Below are positions 17,806 to 26,749 of a stretch of DNA of 64,000 nucleotides, piece by piece (position 1 is the stretch's first letter; every line of letters starts with the position of its first letter). The position numbers were made by a program, and so were the translations under genes. Source of the DNA: Bacillota bacterium (GTDB lineage: Bacteria; Bacillota; Clostridia; Saccharofermentanales; DTU023); assembly GCA_023389255.1 (NCBI GenBank), contig JAEWER010000019.1, positions 106,661 through 170,660 on the forward strand, given 5' to 3'. The notes under the pieces are model-generated. The model ran no database searches. It was given only the letters and a program-made list of their open reading frames with translations, and was not told where the DNA came from.

Positions 17806-18940
17806 TTTCACTATTCCTTTGAAAGATAGGTTCAATTACAAACTGATCGTTTGCCAAGCCTGTGAGACTGATGATTTCTCTGACTTGTCTTGTACCAGAA
17901 GATGTACGCTCAAGATGTACTATCAGATCTATGGAGCTAGCCACTAAGCGCCTAATTGCTTCGAAAGGTAAATTGGCAGACATCAGGATAAGTAGACAGA
18001 TGCGATCTAGCATTTCTAGACAAGAATTGCCGTGACCTGTAGACATACTGCCAGGATGGCCTGTGCTCATGGCTTGTACCATATCGAAAGCTTCAGCACC
18101 ACGAATTTCACCCACGATTATGCGATCGGGGCGCATGCGTAGTGACGCCTTAATCAAATCTTGTAAACTTATCTCGCCATTACCGTCAGGACTTGGGGGA
18201 CGTGACTCTAGTCGTACCAGATTATCTGAGTCCTGTAGATCTAGTTCTAAAGAATCTTCGATAGTAATCAGGCGTTCTGAATTAGGAATGAAGGCTGAAA
18301 GTGCATTTAAAAAGGTAGTTTTTCCTGTTCCAGTACCGCCACTAATAAAGATATTTTGCTTTTGTTGTACAGCAGAAATGAGAAAGTTTTCTACTTCTTG
18401 CGTAAAACTCTGCCTTGCTTTTAGATCGTTTAGAGATGGTTTAATACCTGTAAATCTACGAATGCTCAGGCAGGGTCCGTCGGGTGCAGCCGGAGGTAAA
18501 ATAGCATGTAATCTTGAGCCGTCTTTGAGTTGCATACTAGCAATAGGATTGGCTTCGTTGATTAATTTGTTAGCACGGCCGAAGAATCTGCTAATTACTC
18601 GGATGAGATGTTCTTTGTTTTCAAATCGCAGTCCAGTTAAAGATAATTTACCCTCTTTTTCGATATAGACAGCCAAAGGACCATTGACCATTACCTCAGT
18701 AATTTGTGGGTCATTCAAGAGTGGCTGCAGTAGATCAAAACCACAGATGGTGTTGTAGAGTTGTTCAATCAGTAGTCGTCTGTTGGCTAGGCTCAAATTT
18801 TTGCTTTTTAGACGTTCGAGCAACAGTTGATGTATGTGCTGTTTGATCGTTAAATCATCTAATAAGTCTAAGTTGGGCAAGCGACGCACCAGAATTTCGA
18901 TTAGTTTTTGTAATTCATTTTGGGCTAGTAACTGCATCAT
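17780..18940 (-). CDS. CpaF/TadA-family type II/IV secretion ATPase
   Basis: Walker A SGGTGTGKTTFLNAL, Walker B/Asp box DRIIVGEIRGAEA and His box GHPGSMSTGHGNS. ATGA overlap with the upstream gene. Confidence 0.9.
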   Translation of the reverse strand: MMQLLAQNELQKLIEILVRRLPNLDLLDDLTIKQHIHQLLLERLKSKNLSLANRRLLIEQLYNTICGFDLLQPLLNDPQITEVMVNGPLAVYIEKEGKLSLTGLRFENKEHLIRVISRFFGRANKLINEANPIASMQLKDGSRLHAILPPAAPDGPCLSIRRFTGIKPSLNDLKARQSFTQEVENFLISAVQQKQNIFISGGTGTGKTTFLNALSAFIPNSERLITIEDSLELDLQDSDNLVRLESRPPSPDGNGEISLQDLIKASLRMRPDRIIVGEIRGAEAFDMVQAMSTGHPGSMSTGHGNSCLEMLDRICLLILMSANLPFEAIRRLVASSIDLIVHLERTSSGTRQVREIISLTGLANDQFVIEPIFQRNSENELLRTKN

Positions 18941-19845
18941 ATTTCCTCGATCGGCATAAACTTACAGCTTTTAGGTAGGTTTGCTAGATGTTTAGCTAAT
19001 TGTTGTTGATATAGAACAGAACCATAACTTTTATCTTTAGGTAAATCACCAAACCATATATCACAGAGAGAAGCAATTTTAGCTAAGAAATCCAAGTCAT
19101 AAAATTCTGCTTCTAAGATGAACACTGTATCTGTAGATTCTGCTAAATAAGCTCGTATGCTAGTAATGAGATTTTTGATAACAACTAAAGAAAGTTGGCA
19201 CAAATCTAAAGGGGCACAATCTAAATTAGGAAGCCAAACACTAGCGTGATGAAAAAAATAGTGTTGGATAGTTACTTGGCCGTGCTCTAAAGATAGCAAT
19301 AGTTCAGCAGTACTTTTGGCTTCATTTAGGTTGTTTGCCTCTAGAGAACCAAAACATTCGTTTGCGAGTGAGAGTTGATAAAGTGAGATCAAGGGGAAGT
19401 AGTAAACTCTTATACCCCTATCGTGGAAATGAGAAAAGAGACTATTTAACTTTTGTTTGATATATATTCTATCTTTTCCGGCTAACAGCAAGAGACGATC
19501 GTTACTAGATGATTTACTTTCTTTTAGCAAATTATCGAAAAAAGATGTGGCGTTGGGCAGTTGGCAACTGCGCAAAATATAGGGAATACCACTATGTGCT
19601 TTAAGCCAAGGGTCTGATTGATGATCGCAGATTAAAACTAAAGCGCAGTCTGTAAACAACTCCCAATTATATGCTGTGAGTAAGTTAGTAGAAATAAAAA
19701 CTAGCTGGTATTGAGTCAAATCTTTGGGTATGGCAACAGTGAGCTCAACTTGAGCCAGCTCGCCGTAATGGCGGACCAATGTTGTTGCCAGTAAGTTTGC
19801 GAAATGTTGTTGTTGATCCACGATTAGAAATTGCAAAGCGTGCAT
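18937..19845 (-). CDS. Hypothetical protein in the TadZ/CpaE position (receiver-like N-terminus, no recognisable Walker A)
   Basis: First gene of the operon and translationally coupled (ATGA) to the ATPase. The N-terminus MHALQFLIVDQQQHF.. looks receiver-like. I found no KGGxGKT-type P-loop. Confidence 0.4.
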   Translation of the reverse strand: MHALQFLIVDQQQHFANLLATTLVRHYGELAQVELTVAIPKDLTQYQLVFISTNLLTAYNWELFTDCALVLICDHQSDPWLKAHSGIPYILRSCQLPNATSFFDNLLKESKSSSNDRLLLLAGKDRIYIKQKLNSLFSHFHDRGIRVYYFPLISLYQLSLANECFGSLEANNLNEAKSTAELLLSLEHGQVTIQHYFFHHASVWLPNLDCAPLDLCQLSLVVIKNLITSIRAYLAESTDTVFILEAEFYDLDFLAKIASLCDIWFGDLPKDKSYGSVLYQQQLAKHLANLPKSCKFMPIEEI

Positions 19846-19941
19846 AAATCCTCCTTGAGCCTGAATTCATTTTGCAGAGAATTAAAATCGGCTAGCAGAT
19901 AAAAAACGACAAATGATGACAAAAGGTGTACTGTATCCATC

Positions 19942-19970
19942 TTGCACAGGTGAGTAGATGGTGATACTAT
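19942..19970 (+). promoter_or_regulatory. Candidate sigma-A promoter for the S-box leader and metK
   Basis: TTGCAC, 17 nt, TACTAT, ending about 24 nt upstream of the riboswitch P1 helix. Confidence 0.5.
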
Positions 19971-19993
19971 CTAGCGACAACAAATTATCTTAA

Positions 19994-20097
19994 TTCTTAT
20001 CGAGAGTGGTGGAGGGAACGGCCCGATGAAGCCCGGCAACCTGCAGTTTGCAACGGTGCCAAATCCGCAAATCCAGCGAGGATTTGACAGATGAGAT
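19994..20097 (+). promoter_or_regulatory. SAM-I (S-box) riboswitch aptamer
   Basis: Matches the S-box consensus: UCUUAUCGAGAGUGGUGGAGGGAACGGCCCGAUGAAGCCCGGCAACC...ACGGUGCCAAAUCC...AGAUGAGA. It lies directly upstream of metK. Confidence 0.9.
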
Positions 20098-20142
20098 GCC
20101 AATTGGTTATCTGAGTGTTAGACCTCGCACGAGAGAGGTTAT

Positions 20143-21330
20143 ATGAACAATTGGTTATTTACATCTGAATCAGTTACTGAAGGACATCCCGATAAAGTTT
20201 GCGATCAAATTTCTGATGCTATTTTGGACGCTTTGCTCACTAAAGATCCCCGTTCACGCGTTGCGTGTGAAACCATTGCTACAACAGGTATGGTACTAGT
20301 GATGGGCGAAATTTCCACAGAAGCCTACGTAGATATTCCACAAATTGTAAGAGAAACGATCCGAGAGATTGGCTATCACAAAAATAGTGGTGGTTTTGAC
20401 GCTGATAGTTGTGCTGTTTTGACCAATATTGATGAGCAATCTCCAGATATTGCTAGAGGTGTTAACTGTGCTTTAGAAGTGCGTTCATTAACAGAAGTGC
20501 AAGCTGAAGCAGAGTTAGGCGCTGGTGACCAAGGTTTAATGTTTGGTTTTGCCAATAACGATACTCCCGAATTGATGCCCATGCCCATTACCTTGGCACA
20601 CCGTATTACGAAGCAATTAGCAGAGGTAAGAAAAGATGGTAGAGCTAAGACTTTTCTACCTGATGGCAAAGCACAAGTAACAGTGAGATATGAGGGAACG
20701 AAGCCTGTTCATCTCGACACAGTAGTTGTGTCAACTCAACATCTAGCCAGCGCAACGAGCGAAGAAGTAGAGCGTGAAGTGCGTGAATTAGTACTCAATA
20801 GCGTTTTGCCACAACATCTGTACGATGAGAAAACACGTGTTTTAATCAATCCAACAGGTAGGTTCGTTACTGGCGGTCCTGTGGGTGATTCAGGGCTCAC
20901 AGGTAGAAAAATTATTGTTGATACTTATGGCGGTTTTGCTAGACATGGTGGGGGAGCTTTCTCAGGTAAAGATCCAAGCAAAGTAGATAGATCTGCCTGC
21001 TATGCGGCTAGACACGTAGCTAAAAATATTGTGGCGGCTGAATTAGCTACTGCTTGTGAAGTTCAACTAGCCTATGCTATCGGAGTTGCAGAACCAGTTT
21101 CTATTTACATTAATACCTTTGGTTCAGGCAAAGTGAGCGATGAAAAGCTGGCAGAGATGGTGACCCAGTTGGTTGATTTGAGACCTAAAGGTATTATCGA
21201 TCGCTTCAAGTTATATCGTCCTATCTATAAACAAACCGCTAGCTACGGTCATTTTGGTAGACCTGATCTCGATTTACCGTGGGAGCGCTTAGACTTGAAA
21301 ACGAAGTTTCAAGAGTACTTTTTGTCCTAA
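20143..21330 (+). CDS. metK: S-adenosylmethionine synthase
   Basis: [33 protein letters not shown] and [17 protein letters not shown]. Confidence 0.97.
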   Translation: MNNWLFTSESVTEGHPDKVCDQISDAILDALLTKDPRSRVACETIATTGMVLVMGEISTEAYVDIPQIVRETIREIGYHKNSGGFDADSCAVLTNIDEQSPDIARGVNCALEVRSLTEVQAEAELGAGDQGLMFGFANNDTPELMPMPITLAHRITKQLAEVRKDGRAKTFLPDGKAQVTVRYEGTKPVHLDTVVVSTQHLASATSEEVEREVRELVLNSVLPQHLYDEKTRVLINPTGRFVTGGPVGDSGLTGRKIIVDTYGGFARHGGGAFSGKDPSKVDRSACYAARHVAKNIVAAELATACEVQLAYAIGVAEPVSIYINTFGSGKVSDEKLAEMVTQLVDLRPKGIIDRFKLYRPIYKQTASYGHFGRPDLDLPWERLDLKTKFQEYFLS

Positions 21331-21333
21331 TCT

Positions 21334-22179
21334 ATGCTGAGAGGAATTTGTTTTGCCTGTGGCAGAAATTGTGCTGGTAGAGTTACTAGTCAAGTTCAAC
21401 GAGATTTGACACTAACTTATTTTTCTAGCCGTACAACTTTACCTTTAGCTGATCCGCTAGAGCAAATGCTGTGCAGAAGGTGCCTAACACAAGTTCCTTA
21501 CCTCGTACCAATTCAGAGACAAAGACTTAAAACAGAACAAAAATGTCGACTTCAACTCAAAGAGCATAGCAGTGCAGAACCATTACAAACTGATACCAAG
21601 TGGCAACTTGAACTTATAGACCAAGTTTTACCCTTGAGATTAGGAAGTCAATATCTCAGAGCAGATGAAACATTGCTGATCACTAGCTATACGGGTTTAG
21701 TGAAAGACAGCATAATCGGCTTGAAGTTTAAGCAAAAGGCTCACTTAGCGGAATTGCTGGCTTTAATTTTGCAGAAAAGATTACCTTGGGATAGCTGGCG
21801 AGAGCAAATTGTTTTAGTGCCTATTCCACTGAGTGAGAAACGAGAAAAAGAGCGTGGCTATAATCAGGTGATGTTAGTTTTACAACATTTAGCCCGAAAT
21901 AAAAATTTAGCTATTGCCGATTTATTGGTAAAGCAAACAACGGTGGCTAGACAAAGTGAACAGCTCAGCAGAGAAGCGAGAGAAACAAATATTAAAGGAG
22001 CGTTTAAGCTTAAACCTGTTTTAGAGTGTTACAATTGCCAAAAAGAAGAACTAAAAGAAAAGATTCTGATCTTGGTAGATGATGTATATACAACAGGAGC
22101 GACACTACTAGAAGCACATAAAACTTTACTTAGCTCAGGCTACAATAAAGTTTTGCGTCTTGCGCTCGCAATCGACTAA
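21334..22179 (+). CDS. comFC: ComF-family protein (ComFC-like phosphoribosyltransferase domain)
   Basis: N-terminal CxxC...CxxC pairs and the C-terminal PRT motif ILILVDDVYTTGATL. Confidence 0.75.
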   Translation: MLRGICFACGRNCAGRVTSQVQRDLTLTYFSSRTTLPLADPLEQMLCRRCLTQVPYLVPIQRQRLKTEQKCRLQLKEHSSAEPLQTDTKWQLELIDQVLPLRLGSQYLRADETLLITSYTGLVKDSIIGLKFKQKAHLAELLALILQKRLPWDSWREQIVLVPIPLSEKREKERGYNQVMLVLQHLARNKNLAIADLLVKQTTVARQSEQLSREARETNIKGAFKLKPVLECYNCQKEELKEKILILVDDVYTTGATLLEAHKTLLSSGYNKVLRLALAID

Positions 22180-22190
22180 AGGAGAGATGG

Positions 22191-22826
22191 ATGATTAAGC
22201 ATGTAATCTTCGACGTGGATGGAACTATTTTGGATACACAAAAGCCCACGCTGGAAGCTTTGCGCATAGTGATTGAAGAAATGCAAGAAACCACTTTGCC
22301 TGAAGATATTAGCTTTATTTTTGGCTACACCACGGAAGAGGGTTTGAGACGTTTAGGTTGTACTAACATTCAAGAAGTAGCTGAGCGTTGGGTACAAAAA
22401 CTGGGCGAGCAAGATCGCTCGGGTTATGTTTTCCCAGAGATTGCAGAATTGATGCAGGAACTAAAAGTACAAGGCTATAAAATAGGTGTAATTACTAATC
22501 GTTTGCGTCATGAGTATAATTTTGACTTTGATAAGCTGGCGATTAGTGAGTATATAGATTTTTCGGTCTGTGCTGATGACGTGAGTTTACCCAAGCCTTC
22601 AGCAGAACCGATGTTGTATTATCTAAAACAGATGCACGCTAAACCAGATGAGGCTGTGTTTATTGGTGATACCAAAGCAGATATGCTTTGCGCCAAACAA
22701 AGTGATGTAATAAGCATAGTTGCAGGCTGGGGTGTAGAAGCTAAGGATGAGATTGTAGGGGATTACTATCTAGCAACTCCTATAGATCTGTGGCAACTAC
22801 CAATGTTTAAGCAAAGTGAGGTATAA
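22191..22826 (+). CDS. HAD-superfamily hydrolase (phosphoglycolate phosphatase-like)
   Basis: Motif I VIFDVDGTILDT, motif II ITNR and motif IV FIGDTKADM. Confidence 0.8.
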   Translation: MIKHVIFDVDGTILDTQKPTLEALRIVIEEMQETTLPEDISFIFGYTTEEGLRRLGCTNIQEVAERWVQKLGEQDRSGYVFPEIAELMQELKVQGYKIGVITNRLRHEYNFDFDKLAISEYIDFSVCADDVSLPKPSAEPMLYYLKQMHAKPDEAVFIGDTKADMLCAKQSDVISIVAGWGVEAKDEIVGDYYLATPIDLWQLPMFKQSEV

Positions 22827-22828
22827 GC

Positions 22829-24034
22829 ATGAGTGTCTCTTTTGTAAAACCAGATATTCGTCCAGGTGATTTTGAGCTGATCAAACAAGTTTTAGAGTCT
22901 GGCTGGATTACTACTGGACCTTTAACTAAGCAGTTTGAAAAAGAATTGACTGCTTATACCGGCACTAAGCGTTTAGCAACTATGAGTTCGCAGACTATGG
23001 CAGCTGAGTTATGTTTAAGACTACTAGGTATAGGTCCTGGTGATGAAGTAATTGTGCCTGCCTACACGTATTCTGCCAGTTGCTCGATTATTTATCATGT
23101 GGGAGCAACGCCTGTCTTAGTAGATAGTAGACCGGATAGTTTTGAAATGGACTTAAAGTTGGTTGAAGAAGCTATTACAGAGAAAACTAAGGCAATAATC
23201 CCAGTAGATTTAGGTGGTATTGTTTGCGATTATGATGCCTATTTTGCTATCGCGGAGCAAAAAAAAGCTTTGTTTAAGCCTAGCGATAATCGTTTTCAAC
23301 AGGCGATTGGCAGGGTGATTATTATTGCTGATACGGCGCACTCTTTAGGGGGTAAATATAAAGGCCAGTATGCGGGCTCGATTGCAGATTTTAGCAATTT
23401 TTCTTTCCATGCAGTTAAGAATCTAACAACAGCAGAAGGTGGAGCTGCTACTTGGAAATCTATACCGGGTATAGATGATGAAGAGATATATAAGCAATAC
23501 ATGTTGCTATCACTTCACGGACAAAACAAAGATGCCTTAGCGAAAACGAAGCTAGGTTCATGGGAATACGATATTATTGAACCCTACTTTAAATGTAATT
23601 TATCTGATATTGCATCAGCGTTGGGTATGGCACAACTAAAACGCTATGATGAAATTCTTGAGCGTAGACATGCTATTATTCAGCGTTATCAAGAGGCTTT
23701 TGCTGATACTAGAATTAAAGTCTATGATCACGGCACAGCAGATAATCGTTCTAGCGCCCACCTAGCCATTGTACATATCGAGGGTGCCTCAGCAGAAGAA
23801 CGCAATCTCTTTATCGAGTTGATGGCAGAAGATGGCGTTTCTTGTAATGTACACTACAAGCCGTTGCCTATGCTCAGTGCCTACCATAAGAGAGGTTTTG
23901 ATATTAATAATTATCCCAACGCTTATGCTTTTTATGAGAATCAGGTTTCTTTGCCTCTTTTCAGCCTAATGACCGATGAAGAAGTCGAAACAGTCATTAA
24001 AGTAGCAAAAGAAAGTTTGGAAAAATTAGCTTAA
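22829..24034 (+). CDS. DegT/DnrJ/EryC1/StrS-family PLP-dependent sugar aminotransferase
   Basis: Family-typical layout with the PLP-lysine region FSFHAVKNLTTAEGG. Confidence 0.85.
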   Translation: MSVSFVKPDIRPGDFELIKQVLESGWITTGPLTKQFEKELTAYTGTKRLATMSSQTMAAELCLRLLGIGPGDEVIVPAYTYSASCSIIYHVGATPVLVDSRPDSFEMDLKLVEEAITEKTKAIIPVDLGGIVCDYDAYFAIAEQKKALFKPSDNRFQQAIGRVIIIADTAHSLGGKYKGQYAGSIADFSNFSFHAVKNLTTAEGGAATWKSIPGIDDEEIYKQYMLLSLHGQNKDALAKTKLGSWEYDIIEPYFKCNLSDIASALGMAQLKRYDEILERRHAIIQRYQEAFADTRIKVYDHGTADNRSSAHLAIVHIEGASAEERNLFIELMAEDGVSCNVHYKPLPMLSAYHKRGFDINNYPNAYAFYENQVSLPLFSLMTDEEVETVIKVAKESLEKLA

Positions 24035-24718
24035 ATGTTGCGATCTTGGGATAAATTACCTGCTAGGTTACAGACCAACGCAGTCAGACCTTATTATGAA
24101 GTTTTGCAAAGACATAAGCTTGCCTTGGTGTGCAAGCGTCTTTGCGATTTGCTTTTAGCGATTTTGCTTTTAGTCTTGTTAGCACTCCCTATGTTGGTAA
24201 TAGCGCTTCTAATTAAATTAGAGGACAGAGGTCCTATCTTTTTTAGGCAAGAACGTGTAACTCAATATTGTCGTATTTTTCGTATTTTTAAATTTCGTAC
24301 AATGACGGTTAAACAAGATGCTAAAGCATCTCAAGTAACTACTAAAAATGATAATCGCATAACCCGTATCGGCCATTTTTTACGTAAAACTCGCTTAGAT
24401 GAGTTACCGCAACTCTTTAATATTTTGACAGGCGATATGTCACTGGTGGGTACGAGACCAGAGGTTGAGACTTTTGTTAATAGCTACAGTCCAGAGATGT
24501 ATGCAACCTTACTTTTACCTGCGGGGGTAACTTCTCTTGCCAGTATCGAATATAAGGATGAAGCCAGATTGCTATCAGAAGCTGATGACCCACACCAGAC
24601 TTACGTGGATAAAGTTTTGCCGGCTAAAATGAAAATCAATCTCGAGCAATTAGCTAATTTTTCTTTTGCACAGGAGCTCAGCTTACTCTTAAAAACAGTG
24701 TTAGCTATATTGCGCTAG
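24035..24718 (+). CDS. Small bacterial sugar transferase (initiating polyprenyl-phosphate glycosyl-1-phosphate transferase; PglC/EpsL-like)
   Basis: One N-terminal re-entrant/TM helix, then GPIFFRQERV, FKFRTM and DELPQLFNILTGDMSLVGTRPE. Confidence 0.85.
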   Translation: MLRSWDKLPARLQTNAVRPYYEVLQRHKLALVCKRLCDLLLAILLLVLLALPMLVIALLIKLEDRGPIFFRQERVTQYCRIFRIFKFRTMTVKQDAKASQVTTKNDNRITRIGHFLRKTRLDELPQLFNILTGDMSLVGTRPEVETFVNSYSPEMYATLLLPAGVTSLASIEYKDEARLLSEADDPHQTYVDKVLPAKMKINLEQLANFSFAQELSLLLKTVLAILR

Positions 24719-24726
24719 GAATTTAT

Positions 24727-25358
24727 ATGTTAAAACGTCTGTCTATCAATCAAGAACGCAAGATTCTTTATAAAAATACTTTGATGCTATATATTTTGCG
24801 TTTTTCCACTTACTTCTTTGGTTTTATTACTGTACCCTACCAAACTAGGGTATTAGGCAGTGATATTTACGGCAAGGTAGGCGAGGGTATGGCGTTGATG
24901 CTGTACTTTCAGTTATTGATCGATTTTGGTTTCATTCTTTCAGCAACGCAGGAAATAGCATATGTTGTAGCTGAAGACAAAAACAATAAGCGGAAAATAT
25001 CAGAGATCTACTCTGCTATTCAATATGGTAAGTTCGCTTTAATTGCCATTGCTACCGTCGTCTTAGCGTGCATATGTTATTTCAATTCGCATTATGGAGA
25101 AGATCCGCTCTTTTATTTTGTGTTCTTAATTGGCACAGCCGTAAATGGACTAGTACCAGATTTTGTTTATCGGGGCATGCAAGAAATGGGAGCGGTGACC
25201 ATGCGTGTTATTATTTCGCGCTTAATCTTTACGGGTCTAATTTTTCGCCCGTTAATATGGCGTGGTCTGTGTCAGCTAGCACTTTGATAGATTTGCTTTA
25301 TAGAATTTATTGGGTGGCCAAAAGAAGCAAACAATTAAAACTAGAACAAGTAGTGTAA
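24727..25358 (+). pseudogene. Wzx/MOP-family flippase remnant with an internal deletion and a frame change
   Basis: The first roughly 180 aa look like a Polysacc_synt flippase N-terminus (..RVIISRLIFTGLIF) and then stop at 25287. A second frame continues with a C-terminal-helix-like tail (AWSVSASTLIDLLYRIYWVAKRSK) to 25358. Intact flippases are more than 400 aa. Confidence 0.6.
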
Positions 25359-25411
25359 TAGTAAGATAATCATATTTAGTGTATTGATTAATTGAATATA
25401 GGGAGAAGTGC

Positions 25412-26103
25412 ATGAACACGTACTTTTATCGACTTAAAGACAAGACAGAAAAATTTCTAAAAAAATTCCTGGAATATATCACCTAGGACACGCAATTAAA
25501 TTACAGCACGAAAAAGCAAGAGCCAAGAAACGAAATGATGCGCTAAAAAAACATGGGCTTGAAACTATGGCTCTAGTACAAGAAGTGTTAGAAAATGAGG
25601 GATATCGTTTTTATTTCTGTTATGGAAGTTTACTAGGAATTGTACGTGAACGTGGAATGATAGGTCACGATCTCGATATTGATGTAGCATTAGATCCAGC
25701 CGATGATTTTAGCTGGGAGCATTTGAATCAAGTTATGACTAATGCAGGTTTTGTTTTACAGCGGAGTTTTGTTATTGGCGATGATATTAAAGAAAGAACT
25801 TGGTTTTACAACAAGGTTGGTGTTGATATTTTTTTAATCGAGCATGTAAAAAATGAGATTCTTTCACCTTTCTTTTTTAGAAAGAGTGGCACAGAATATG
25901 AACATAAATTGGAACAGGGATATGCTCAAGTAAGAGAGCCAGAACCTACTGGAATTACTAAGTTATCTATTGGTCAAGATAACCAAACTTTTGAAGTTAA
26001 TGTACCTAAGAATTACGAAGAAATTTTGCAGGCAAATTATGGCGCAGATTGGCGTACGCCAAATCCTCATTGGTCTTGCTGGCAAGCGGTATTTTTTGAA
26101 TGA
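25412..26103 (+). pseudogene. licD: LicD-family (phosphocholine/ribitol-phosphate transferase-like) gene interrupted in an A7 tract
   Basis: The ATG at 25412 has a GGGAGAA RBS and opens a 24-codon frame ending at TAG 25484. The frame holding the LicD core (YFCYGSLLGIVRERGMIGHDLDIDVAL, 25567..26103) is open back to 25438. One extra A in the run at 25459-25465 would join the two frames. Confidence 0.6.
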
Positions 26104-26686
26104 AAGCAATGGCGCAAGAGCGACACGTTGGTTGCTACATAACGGTATGTGGTACTATCTATTACCGAAAGACGGTAGCATGCTGGTCGGTGAACAAGTA
26201 GTTGATGGCAAGAAATACAAATTTGCTAGTTCAGGTGCCTTGATTGACGCTTCGAGAAATTGGCAGATTAGTAATGGCGTTTTGTATTATCAGAATAAAG
26301 GGCAACGCTCTTATAAATTACCCAGCAACGGTATTATCATTATCTCGCTGAAAGAACAGAGAATGTGGGGATACAAGAATGGGAAGTGGATGGCTACTCC
26401 TGTGACTACTGGCAAAAATTCTACGCCTACATATCCTGGTTGGTTCAAGATAAATTCTAAATACCGCTCCATTTACTTAACATCTTCAACTTATTCATCC
26501 TTTGTCAGTTACTGGATGGCGTACAGTGGCTCATCTTATGGCATTCACGATGCAAGCTGGCGCGATGTATTTGGAACTCAGTCCTACACTTACAATGGAT
26601 CGCATGGTTGTATCAACACACCCAAAAGAGAAGTGAAAAAGTTCTATGAAACATTCTCCGTTGGAACTGATGTCTGGATTTACTAA
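26039..26686 (+). pseudogene. 5'-truncated L,D-transpeptidase (YkuD domain) with cell-wall/choline-binding-type repeats and no signal peptide
   Basis: CW_binding_1-like repeats (GKRYFLNESNGARATRWLLHNGMWYYLLPKDGSMLVGEQVVDGKKYKFASSGAL) followed by a YkuD core (YGIHDASWR...GSHGCINTP). The frame begins inside the licD 3' end. There is no secretion signal and no credible start codon. Confidence 0.55.
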
Positions 26687-26709
26687 GTTAAGACTTTAAG
26701 CTTTGTGAT

Positions 26710-26739
26710 ACGCTCTAGTTGGAACTAGAGCGTTTTTTA
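26710..26739 (+). terminator. Intrinsic terminator; first one seen downstream of metK
   Basis: ACGCTCTAGTT-GG-AACTAGAGCGT followed by TTTTTT. Confidence 0.85.
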
Positions 26740-26749
26740 TTGGAGTCAA

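Noticed and set aside
18063-18668. 201-aa plus-strand ORF inside the CpaF ATPase gene.
   Set aside because: It is antisense to a gene with clear Walker motifs. Its composition is Ser/Arg/Cys-rich shadow-like, and nothing in the context supports it.
25068-25358. 96-aa ORF as an independent gene.
   Set aside because: Most of it is an out-of-frame read through the flippase remnant. Only its last roughly 35 codons look protein-like, and I interpret those as the displaced flippase C-terminus.
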